From Batkoa obscura (Eukaryota), in contig JASVEC010000124.1 of NCBI GenBank assembly GCA_030770535.1, forward strand, positions 1-45,107: a stretch of 45,107 bases of DNA, written 5' to 3'. Under the pieces are notes generated by a model that had not been told where the DNA came from, ran no database searches, and saw only the letters and a program-made list of their open reading frames with translations. Below are positions 1 to 10,700 of the stretch, piece after piece. How positions within the stretch are numbered: position 1 is the first letter of the stretch; each line of letters begins with the position of its first letter. The translations under genes and the position numbers were made by a program.

Positions 1-581
1 GGTCTATCGACTATGTTTCGCGGATATCAAGCTACTTTATTGAGAGATGTACCTTGTACTGCTATTCAATTTACAATTTATGAAAGTTTAAAAAAATTGG
101 TATTTAAAAGAAAGAGAAAATACATTACTAAGTGAAATGTTAATGGGTGGTATTGCTGGTTCAATGGCAGGTGGTATAACTACTCCATTAGGTAAATCAA
201 TAATTTAATTTTATAAACATACAAATATTAATAAAACACAATAATTTTTCTTTATTTCTCTATAGATGTAGTTAAAACGGTATTACAAACTCAGCAAATT
301 AAAGAAAGTATAAAAAGTCAACCAAAAAGAATAAAGGGTTATCTTTACCTAAAGTACCTAATAATAATAATACACTTTCACAATCTTTATTATCATTAAA
401 TAAGTTACCGAATGGACCTAAAATTACAAATTCTAATGGAATTATAGATGCTTTAAAATCATCTTACAATACTTATGGTTTTCAAGGTTTATTTAGAGGT
501 TTAGCTCCAAGGACGCTTTGGATGGGTTTTCAATCGGCTATTATGTTTGTTATTTATGAACAAGCGATTGCTTGGTTTTAA
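1..581 (+). CDS. Mitochondrial carrier (SLC25) protein, 3' part; resembles the MME1/YMR166C-like or SAM-carrier group. One intron (192-265) and an apparent +1 frameshift in the A7 run at 90-96
   Basis: Manual translation gives ...LLRDVPCTAIQFTIYESLK...GGIAGSMAGGITTPL/DVVKTVLQTQ (PxDxxK carrier signature across a GT-AG intron) ...GLFRGLAPRTLWMGFQSAIMFVIYE, with TAA at 579-581. Truncated at the window edge. Confidence 0.85.
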
Positions 582-741
582 AGGAGTTTTTTCAAAGAAA
601 TATAGCTACTAGAGGATAGAAATTAAGTATATTATATCGATTAAAAATGTTGGATTGATTAAAAGGAACAAGAGAGAATTAAGTAGATTATAAAAATAAA
701 AAATTGAAGCTTTTGTAACTATTTTTTTTATTAAATTTATA

Positions 742-2277
742 ATGAAATTACAGTTTGTTTTTATATCAATATTATTTCTATGCTATAATCATGTTGAAGG
801 TATGGAAGGATTTATGTTAAGTTCTACTGTTGTATATGCTCAAAAATTAATCTTATTTTATAAATACAGTTATAATTATGGAGCTAAATCAGCACAAGAT
901 GAAATGGAATTCGGTTATAAAAAAGAATATTCTTATTACAAAATAATTGATTTAAATACAAAAATTACAATAGATGATTTAAATACAGTCAACGATATTG
1001 ATGTATCTTTTTATGATCCTTATTATAGGTATTACTCTCAATTATTTTTGTTGGAATATAATAACCAATCTAGTTTGTATACTGTATTTAAAAGTAAAGA
1101 TGGTTTTAATGGTAGTTATTATTTACCTACAGCTATTCAATCGGTTGATTTAAATCAACGTTGTTTTATCAGAAAAAATAATTTTACAATTACTTCTTTT
1201 CAAGATAGTATTGGTGCAACTTATCTAGTTACAAACAATCAACTTTATTTATTAGGTGGTATTATCAAATATGATTTTTATTTAGATTCAATACCAACTA
1301 GGCAATTTTTTTCATTTGATTTATTAAAAAATGACTATACTGATTTAAGTTCTTATACTGCTAAACACTCCATGCCGTCCATAGCATTTCATACTTCTAC
1401 CTTAATTTTCAACTCACAAATTTTATTCCTTGGTGGTATTCAATACAATAGCACTAACAATAATAACACTTTATCCCCGAACTCATTAGAGTTTGTTTAT
1501 ATTTATTCAATATTAACGCAAGCATTTAAAATACAGCAAACTCAAAATTATCGGTTTGGCTTAAGATTAGCCCATACAACTACTTATTTAGAAAAATTAA
1601 ATTGTGTTTTAGTCTATGGTGGTATGGATAATAATAATTATATTGATAATAATAAAGAGCCTAAGCTATATAGTGATATTCAAGTTTTAGACTTGAAAGA
1701 ATGGAAATGGAAGAAATATCAGTTAATGGATCTTACTGGGAGTATTTTTGAAATAGGTAGAGCTTGGCATTCAAGTCAATTGATCAATGATAAATTAATG
1801 ATTTTCTTTGGCAAAATGGGAGTAAACGATAAGAGTAAAGAAATTTTAATATTTGATTTAACTAATTTCAACCCTAACGATAAAGGCGATCTTATTCCAT
1901 TGACAACTACTATCGAACCAACCACTGCTACTCAGCATACTGATCCCATTAAGTTCAATAATTTATATTATAATGCTAATATCATCCTAGTGTCTTTAGT
2001 GTATGATAACTTATATGATTTGAGTTTAATTTTGTTTGTTTCCTATTTAAGTTTATTGACTATTGCTTTTCTCTTCTTGTTAAATTATTTAAAACATTCT
2101 TATTCTATTTATCAGTTATCAAAGCCTATCAACAGTGAACTTTCATTGCCAAACTATCTGCTAGTGACTACGCGTTATAATGAGTATTCATTTAACCAGA
2201 TGGTTTACTCGAATCCAGAAGAAATCGAAGGGGATGAATATGGTGTTTGGGAGTTAAATTCTCATTATGAGGACTAA
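742..2277 (+). CDS. Kelch-repeat beta-propeller protein with signal peptide and C-terminal transmembrane helix
   Basis: Kelch-like motifs FHTSTLIFNSQILFLGG, LAHTTTY...VLVYGG and RAWHSSQLINDKLMIFFG; hydrophobic N-terminus; hydrophobic segment LSLILFVSYLSLLTIAFLFLL near the C-terminus. Confidence 0.75.
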   Translation: MKLQFVFISILFLCYNHVEGMEGFMLSSTVVYAQKLILFYKYSYNYGAKSAQDEMEFGYKKEYSYYKIIDLNTKITIDDLNTVNDIDVSFYDPYYRYYSQLFLLEYNNQSSLYTVFKSKDGFNGSYYLPTAIQSVDLNQRCFIRKNNFTITSFQDSIGATYLVTNNQLYLLGGIIKYDFYLDSIPTRQFFSFDLLKNDYTDLSSYTAKHSMPSIAFHTSTLIFNSQILFLGGIQYNSTNNNNTLSPNSLEFVYIYSILTQAFKIQQTQNYRFGLRLAHTTTYLEKLNCVLVYGGMDNNNYIDNNKEPKLYSDIQVLDLKEWKWKKYQLMDLTGSIFEIGRAWHSSQLINDKLMIFFGKMGVNDKSKEILIFDLTNFNPNDKGDLIPLTTTIEPTTATQHTDPIKFNNLYYNANIILVSLVYDNLYDLSLILFVSYLSLLTIAFLFLLNYLKHSYSIYQLSKPINSELSLPNYLLVTTRYNEYSFNQMVYSNPEEIEGDEYGVWELNSHYED

Positions 2278-3787
2278 TTGTTTTTGAGTCAAGTTGTTTT
2301 AACTAATCATTGCTTAAGTAAGATCAATTTTATTTCAATAGCTATCCTTTCTGTTGTAAGACCTTTGACTAAAGCTAACCATTCCAACATTACCCTTTGA
2401 TCAGCTTACTCCTATCTATAAAATGATACATTATGTGGAATTTTTGGAAGTTAAGGCTTCAGTATCTAAACTGTGACAAAATTATTTGATATGTAATAAA
2501 TCTAACCTAGCTATACCACTCGTGATATTCGTTATAGCAGTAAAAGAGTGATGGGTAGTTAAGCTGGTTTTATGTGATCTGATAGCTACGAAATAACGAT
2601 GCATTTTTCTGGAATCTGATAGCTGTCAGTAGTAGATTTCACTCCACTTGAAACAAAGGATAATAAACAAACGTATGGATGCTAAATCCTCATCATTAAA
2701 CAAATCCAATTGTTTGCCAATGATTGACAATTTCACATTGGAATCATTATATTATGACCCTTTTGAAAGAGATATCAATAAATGTACTGTTTAGGATTCG
2801 ATTTGAACTCTGAAAATTAAATTGGTTTTTTTGAACTTTTTAGTTGGAGTTAAATTATATCCAAGCTTTAACAATGGATTTTAATAATTTTACTGTTAGA
2901 TGCAACTTATTTCTGTAAAAGGTGAACGAAAATGGGCTTGTATAATCATCAATTTCTCAACAAAAAATTCTCCATTTAATTAGAATATTATTTTTTAGCA
3001 ATTTTATTTTTTGAAATTTCTATATTAACAGAAAAATTTCGTCAACTGTTTTGGCATGTCAATGAGCAATTGGATCACTCTCGCATTTCCTATAGAAGCT
3101 GACTCGAATCTTGAGCACGTCGGATTAATAAATCCTGGCAGTATTAAAATCAGTAAGATATCTTATACCGTGGCTGTACTCTGAATTTTTGATCTAAAGC
3201 TAATAACATAATAAACAAAATATTTTGAGCATATTATACGCATTTTGTTGTTATGGGATTAGAGAAGTTTTTTAGTAGTAGGTTTTATGGGCTGGGGATA
3301 GGGGTAAAGACTCAAGAAATAAGTTACAATTTTAATCATCACCAGGTCACGGGTTCGAAGCTTACATTAAACATTTATGGAAACAGATAGTAGATGAAGG
3401 CCAATTCCTTTGAAGGAAATTATAAAGCTGTGTTATAAACTTTCCTGAGGATCGTGTTGAATTTTATCTCATCACATTCAACTATAGCATAAAGAATACT
3501 TGGGGGTTTTGTAATTTAAAACATTAAAGTTAGATCTTTTTTAGATTCTTTTTTTCAATGTGTGATGTTGTTTATGCGATTAAATTAGTTGTCTTTTAAA
3601 AAGTTTATATTTAAATAATAGTAACAATTTGATCTTTGCTATGTTTATCATGTTTAACTAAATATCATATTGCAATAATACTTTTAACGTTTATAAAAAG
3701 CATGTTTAAACTATAATTTTAAAAAATTCACAAAAGTTTAGTATTCAATTACCTTTGTACTTTACTCTCTTTTCTTTTTATAATATA

Positions 3788-3884
3788 TGCGGACGCATTT
3801 TTGTCTTTAAAAATTTAATAATAATTTTTCCGTTTAAATAGCGCTTAAAAGATGGAAAAAGCGAAGTCAAAAAAAACACTCTTA
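3788..3884 (+). mobile_element. MITE copy (~100-bp family)
   Basis: TA|TGCGGACGC...AAATAGCGCTTAAAAGATGGAAAAA...AAACACTCTTA|TA matches the family consensus. Confidence 0.75.
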
Positions 3885-4032
3885 TATGTTCATAAATAAA
3901 ACACTTGGAATATCATGCCTCATAAGACTTCTATTTAATAACAGAAACAAACTAAATAAATCAACGAAATGTATAAAAAAACCCTCAAAGAACAAGAATA
4001 ACCTAAAGCTTTTAATAAACAAAAATCAACTT

Positions 4033-7000
4033 TTATTCTTTCCATTTGTTACTTTTCATCATTTTACAATAATAAGCTCTACTCATTTCCATTTCTTCTA
4101 ACCCTTCGTATACTTTAGCCATCAAATAGAACGAAAATGAGTTTGGTTTCTTTAATTTATTAAACCATTCCTTAGCTATTGACCATTCTTCCATTTTAAA
4201 ATTATAATAAATAAATTGATTAATTATCATTGTATCCGGTATAATTCGATATTCCTTTATGAAGTATAAATAATATTCTTCCGCTTTTTGATGGTTATTA
4301 TTGAAATGACATCCAAGTATGAGTTGGTGTAAACAATAATTATCTGGTAAATAATTGCTCTGCTTGGTTTTATATAAGTTTTCGATCTGAATTAAAGTAG
4401 TATAAATATTATTGTACTCTTGTTGTTGAGCTAATTGGGCCATTAATAGATTAACAACTTTATGACGAAAATAAAACCAATTTGATTTATAACTTAGTAT
4501 CTCTGGTAACAAATGTGTTATTTTGTCCATCTCATCAAGATAAAAATAAGCTTTTATAATAGCTGATAATAGAGTTTCATTGTTTAATATTATTCTTTTA
4601 CTTTCAATAAAACTAACAATTAGTTTTAATTCCTTATTTAAATTCAATGTGATACTTTTATCTATTAATAATATCAATAATTGATTCATTGTATACTCAT
4701 GCTCATTCGTAGCCCTATTTAAATTAATTAGATTTGGATTTGTTATATTGTAACCTATTATATTCTCTTTATTAATTATGCTTTCATGTTCATTATCTAT
4801 ATTATTAGTATTATTGTCTATTCTATTACTCTCTATATTATTATCTATGTCAATTACAATTTCCTTATTCTCAGTATTCCTGCTATTATTGTTTAAGTCT
4901 AAATAAATAAATTCCAAATGTTCGATAAGTTGATTTATAATAGAAATAAATACTTGTTGATTATTATGGTATTCCAATAATTTAGTATTAAAATACTTTA
5001 ATAAATAAAAATAAATAATGGGCTGATATTGAGTACTAGTGATAATCTTATTAAAATTAGTGTTACATTGCTGAATTAAATTGAGTAAATTGAACTCATT
5101 TTGTATAATTGTTTTTATAAATTGAAATAAGAAAGTGGGGCTAATTCTCAATTCAAAATTACAAATTAACTCAAACAGCTTAAAATTCTTTGTTATTTCT
5201 TTTTGTTTCAATAACTTAATAAAATAATTACTATCAATATACATTTGTTTCTTATATAAGCTATCTATGATATTTAACACTTTAGTATCCTGCTGATATT
5301 GGCTTAACTGCTCAATTAAGTAATTTTGTAGTTTGATATCATACTTTAAAAAACCATTGTTGTTGTTATTGTTCTGTATTATCAACGATAAAAATAAGTG
5401 TTCTATTTTGTTCCACTGCTTATTCTTAATATACTTTTGTACCTTATTAACATTCGAATAAACGGTCATTTCTTTGGTATTGTTCCCCCATGATTGATTA
5501 TTTCTTTCAACTTCTTCTTCCTTAAAATAGTAATCTATGGTATCATAAGCTACAGGACAATATGAATCTATTTCCTGCTTAAAACTCAATAACATTTGAA
5601 TCATACTCAAATCCTTCTTTTTAGAATAATGATCAATCAAAATATTGATTGTATAGATATCCATCAATTCCCTTTTTATTAAATAATTTGCATACTCCTC
5701 GAACATTCTCTCCTTTTTACTTCCATTATAATCATCATTCAACTGCATCAATTTTTTTAATATAATATTGTATATTACTATATTCTTTTTATTTATCACT
5801 GGCCATTCTTTAATATCAAGCTTTTTGAGCAAAGAGCTCTGATTTATTGTAAGTAGCTGATTTAGTAACAATTTCAGTGTTGGTTTATGACTATTATAAA
5901 TAATAGCTAATAATTGATTTAATTGAGAAATGTTTGTAACTTGTTGAATAGAATAATAAAATAATAAAATGGTTGAAGTATTTGTTGGTACAACACCAAA
6001 ATTTAAAAACAATCGTAAACAAGCTTCACTACAATAACTACTATTAATATCAATACTCAACTTCGCTAACCTATGTATTGTAACTGCGTTAAACTTTGTT
6101 TGATATTTTATTAACCTATCCATCCATTCCTTGACAATAAGCTGTGGCAACTTAGCTTGGTAAAGTGCCTTTAATACACCATTAATGAACTGAACATCTA
6201 TACTCTCCTCATCCTTAAAATATACTTCAAAATACTCTTCTGCTACCCTGAGCTTGCCTTGTAAAATAGAGCTTATAACTAAAGCATGCCGTATGCTATT
6301 CGGTATTCCGTTAAACCCCTTTTGAATTTTATCAACCATTTCCTCCACCTCTTGTAATTGATCCTTTGCCAACAAAATTTCAATCACATACTTTAAATTC
6401 TCAACACCAATAAATAGAGTACTACATCCCTCCAGCAGTAATAATCGATAGTACTGAAGTACTTTGTTGTTATCTAGTTTCTGATTCTGTTTATCAATCA
6501 CTTTGAAAATTATATTATAAACACTCGGTGGCAAAGGATGTTGAAATTTTTGTAGTATAGTGGTGTACAACTTCATACAAGGATCATATTCTTTTAATAA
6601 AAACAATACTTTCAACCATAAACTATAATCCATTAAAGTCAACTTCCCTTCTTTTTCAAATGTTGTATTTGTAAATAAATTTTGTACTTTTAGTAAATTC
6701 TCCCGGCTTTTGGGATTACTATATAATCGTTGTATTAATAAATGAAACTCATACAATTCTAAATGGTAGTCACTTTCTTTTACTAAACTATAAGCTTCGT
6801 TCACTTTGTTTTGATGCAGTAAATGATATACCCCATACTCAATCTGTTTTACTACTTCTTGATCTTCTATTTGGTGATTGATAACTAAATTCGTCGTTTT
6901 TCTTTTTATAGTCACACTAAAGTTAGATTTGGATCGGTTCACTGTTCTAGTTGAGTTGCTATGATTTATTAGAGTAAGCCCATTACTTGTTGAGTATAAC

Positions 7001-7041
7001 TTTATCATCCTTATTATTCTTACTAGTTTTAGTTGCTTCAT
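4033..7041 (-). CDS. Pentatricopeptide-repeat (PPR)-like protein, probably mitochondrial
   Basis: 1002-aa ORF with a basic amphipathic N-terminus and PPR-like helical motifs (YNIIFKVI, YNIILKKL, YTINILIDHYSK, LLSAIIKAY, IIPDTMIINQFI...KPNSFSFYLMAKVY). Confidence 0.7.
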   Translation of the reverse strand: MKQLKLVRIIRMIKLYSTSNGLTLINHSNSTRTVNRSKSNFSVTIKRKTTNLVINHQIEDQEVVKQIEYGVYHLLHQNKVNEAYSLVKESDYHLELYEFHLLIQRLYSNPKSRENLLKVQNLFTNTTFEKEGKLTLMDYSLWLKVLFLLKEYDPCMKLYTTILQKFQHPLPPSVYNIIFKVIDKQNQKLDNNKVLQYYRLLLLEGCSTLFIGVENLKYVIEILLAKDQLQEVEEMVDKIQKGFNGIPNSIRHALVISSILQGKLRVAEEYFEVYFKDEESIDVQFINGVLKALYQAKLPQLIVKEWMDRLIKYQTKFNAVTIHRLAKLSIDINSSYCSEACLRLFLNFGVVPTNTSTILLFYYSIQQVTNISQLNQLLAIIYNSHKPTLKLLLNQLLTINQSSLLKKLDIKEWPVINKKNIVIYNIILKKLMQLNDDYNGSKKERMFEEYANYLIKRELMDIYTINILIDHYSKKKDLSMIQMLLSFKQEIDSYCPVAYDTIDYYFKEEEVERNNQSWGNNTKEMTVYSNVNKVQKYIKNKQWNKIEHLFLSLIIQNNNNNNGFLKYDIKLQNYLIEQLSQYQQDTKVLNIIDSLYKKQMYIDSNYFIKLLKQKEITKNFKLFELICNFELRISPTFLFQFIKTIIQNEFNLLNLIQQCNTNFNKIITSTQYQPIIYFYLLKYFNTKLLEYHNNQQVFISIINQLIEHLEFIYLDLNNNSRNTENKEIVIDIDNNIESNRIDNNTNNIDNEHESIINKENIIGYNITNPNLINLNRATNEHEYTMNQLLILLIDKSITLNLNKELKLIVSFIESKRIILNNETLLSAIIKAYFYLDEMDKITHLLPEILSYKSNWFYFRHKVVNLLMAQLAQQQEYNNIYTTLIQIENLYKTKQSNYLPDNYCLHQLILGCHFNNNHQKAEEYYLYFIKEYRIIPDTMIINQFIYYNFKMEEWSIAKEWFNKLKKPNSFSFYLMAKVYEGLEEMEMSRAYYCKMMKSNKWKE

Positions 7042-7734
7042 TCCTCATCGTCTAATTTTTTCTTTTTTTTTCGTTGATATCCTTGTGTTATTATCTCTTT
7101 CTTTTTTAACTTTTATATAGTTATGTTCTCCCTTTACTATTGCTTAATAAAAATTGATATCTTAACTATAGGTCATTTTACTGTTTTTGCTTTTTCCCAT
7201 AACTTTACTAGGATTATAATAATAGTGAATTTTTTATTGGTGGAAAAAATTGGATGAAGATTATCTTCAATTAGATTTTTTAAAATCTTGATTTAAATTA
7301 TTTCTGCTATTGTACACTTTTATTAACTAATGCTTCTTCCCAATAAACATAAAATAAATACGTAAAATATAATAAAACTAGTCTCTATATCAATAATGTT
7401 TTTTATTTATAAATTTATAATAATAAATATTCTAATTCAAATGTAGTACTAAAATAACTTTCATTTATGAATTTATAAATCTTTAAAAGTTATAGTTATA
7501 CAGGATTAAAAGCTATTTAAACTATTTTATTGAAATATAATATATTATTTAAAACAGATTTAATTATTGCAAAAGTACAATTATATGAAACAATAAAATT
7601 TAAATTAATATACTGGCTAATACTTTAATAAAATAAAATAAAATATCTATCAAAAGTACATTATAATAGCACTAATTGAATGTCAAATATTACATGTATA
7701 AACATGATAAAACCTATACTTAAAAACTCTTCGA

Positions 7735-10700
7735 TTATTCGTAAAAACCCTTACTACCATTAGGTCCTGAATTATCTTCATCAGGATTTCTTCCCTTTCC
7801 AGATCCTCTACGACCACTAGAATCAGCTTCACCTTCCGAGTTCTCTTCACTTGAATACTTACCCTTATTTCCACGTGAATTCATATCAGGTCCAGATGTA
7901 CTTGGAGCAAAAGCATTTGACGCTTGAGCATTAAAAGCAAATGGTGAAGTAGGAGCGTAATTAGGAGAAGTTGGGGAATAACTTGGTGCTTGTTGATGTT
8001 GAGCGGGTGAGATAGGTGTGAAGCTAGGTGATTGAGGAGAATAACTTGGTGCTGGGAAAGCGAAAGATGGAGAGGTAGGCGAATATGATGCAACACGTGG
8101 AGCATTAAGTGGTGATGCAGCACGCGGTTGAGCAGTTGGGTTTGCAGAGTAACTTGGAGAACTTGGCGAATAAGTAGGTGAAGTTGGCGAATAAGCATTC
8201 GAACCTTGAGCTAGAGATGGAGATGTAGGTGTATATGAAGGAGAAGTTGGTGAATAACCGACTTTAGAACCACCAAAAGAGCTTCCACCAATAGGTGAAA
8301 AGGCAGAGTTTTGTCCTATGCCTCGGGGTGAGGTTGGAGTATAGGACGGAGAAGTTGGAGAGTAATCAGGCTCATCACCTCTACCAGCATTATAAGAAGG
8401 GGAAGTAGGGTTATAAGTAGGTGAAAATGGTCTCTTTTGAGATGCACCAGCGCCTGAATAAACAGGGGATGTTGGCCTATAAGTATTTTGAGATGAACCT
8501 GGATTGAAGGATGGTGAAGCAGGTGAAAATTTAGGAGAACCAGGAATATAACTTGGCGAAGTTGGTGAGTAACCAGGACTAGAAGCAGAATTTCCAAAGT
8601 TGGGGTTTCTAGGTGAATATACTGGGCTATTTATAGCTCCAGGAGATGAACCAGGACTATATCCAAATGACCCACTATCAGTCATTGGCGAGAATTGAGC
8701 AGTTATTGGTGATGACCCATCGAAACTATCAAATCTTGGTTGATTGTTTCCAGGCAATGGAGTCATTTGAGCTGAGTAATCAACAGATCCAGAATATAAA
8801 GAGGCTCCATTGTATTCTGAAGCTCCTACACCGTTGTTTGGTATAACTACTTGATTAAGCATAGTTTCGTCCAATAAGAGATCAAACGAACCAGTACCCA
8901 ATGGAGCAATTTGACCTAACAAAATATTTTCGGATATACCAGTGCATTCATCATAATCTCCAGAAGCAGCAGCTTCTAAAAGGATTTCTACTGTTTCCTC
9001 AAAAGAACATCTCATAAGAGCACTAGATTCGGTACGATTAATACCATGACGTGTAATGGCCATAATAGAACCACGAGAAGTCATAATATCACAAAGTAAT
9101 GATAAATGACGGTAATTGACATAAGAACCACCACCCTCAATAACATGACGAAGCTCTCGAAGGATAGAATTACGAGCTGCTTCGATACCCAAAACTTCCA
9201 AGATCTCTACAATGTTGTTTGAGAAAGTATTTTTCATATTAACAACATCCATGGATAAGACTTCAAGTAAATTCGTACCACTAGTTTCCAAAAAGTATTC
9301 CTCACGTCTCTTAAATGAACCATCGTCACTAATATAAGGGGTGTTTCTTGTTTGAATAAAAACACGACTAATGTCTGGTACACCTAACAAAGTGATTTCA
9401 TCTAACATGCTACTTTCCAAGCGACGTAAGAAAGTGTGGTCACTAATACCCGTTTCATCCACGTCATCATCGTCCATTTCTGATACATTATTAGAATCAC
9501 CACCCCCAGAAGTAACAACACGACAATGAATCACAAGCTGATCAGTAACCTCAGAAGGATAATAAGCAAACACTTGATTGTTATATTTTTTATGGATATG
9601 GTCTGCAATACCCTCAAGAGTAAGTGCTTTACCTAACATAATTTGAGGATTAAACTCAATTCTAAGCACCCAACAAGATAGATTTTCTTTAGTGTAATCA
9701 CCGGTAAGATAAGGATCGCTTAAAGCAGCAAGTTCTTGAATCCAATCTTCATCAGCCTCAATGTTAGTTTCCGTCAATTCTGGATCAAAATAAATTTCAG
9801 TACGTTCAGCCAATCTAGCCAAATTACAATGTTCTAATTGAGATTGCGCAGCCTTTGCTTTTTCAAAATTGCTAGAATATTCTTCTTTTAGCGAAATGGT
9901 CATAGATGGAGTTTTAAGATTGGTAGCAACATTAATAATTTCCTTAAGACGTGGTACACCAGTAGTAGTATTATTAGAAACACCAGCAAGATGGAAAGTG
10001 TTAAGCGTCATTTGAGTAGCAGGTTCACCAATGGATTGTGCAGCAAGAGTACCAACCATCTCTCCTGGGTGAGCTTGAGCTTGATAAAATTTACGTTGAA
10101 TTTCTTTAATAACATAATCAAAAGCTTCTGGTGTCAAATGGTATTCCCCTACTACTTTCTTAGAAGCTAAAAGTGAGCGAACCAATATCTTGAAAAGATA
10201 AGTAGCATTCTTATTTGCTTCATCACTAAGATGATCATGACCACGGATAACTGTAAAAGAGTCTAAAAGTTTCTTAACTCCAACGATTACATCCACAGGA
10301 TGGAGTGTAAACGGCTTATGTGGACTACATTCAAATTGAATTTGAGCATTACGGATAAGACGTCTGATATTAACTGGCATTGGCCAGTTATCATCGCCAC
10401 CTGGGAATATTTTGGTTTTCAATTCTTTACGATCATCATATATTTGTTTAAATTCATCTTCCAACAAGACTTGAATATCAGGTTCATTCATGACTGTACC
10501 CATAAGTTGAGTATTAATGTTTCTATTCTTACCCAAACTGATGACACCATTCTTAATGTCTAACTTATATTTGGAATTGAATTCTGCATTTGACATACGA
10601 ACGGTTTCAATCTTTTGCTTTTCAATAAATGCAGCATCCATACCATCTTCACCATAACAGAATTGCACTACTTGACCTAAAGCATTTCTTACTGTACCAT

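Noticed and set aside
2300..3250. Moderately GC-richer intergenic stretch that might be a decayed gene or element
   Set aside because: The partial translations I tried gave frequent stops and no recognisable motif.
3328..3365. tRNA-like 3' half / B-box (GGTCACGGGTTCGAAGC)
   Set aside because: No acceptor stem, D-arm or paired T-stem; at most a degraded tRNA or SINE fragment.
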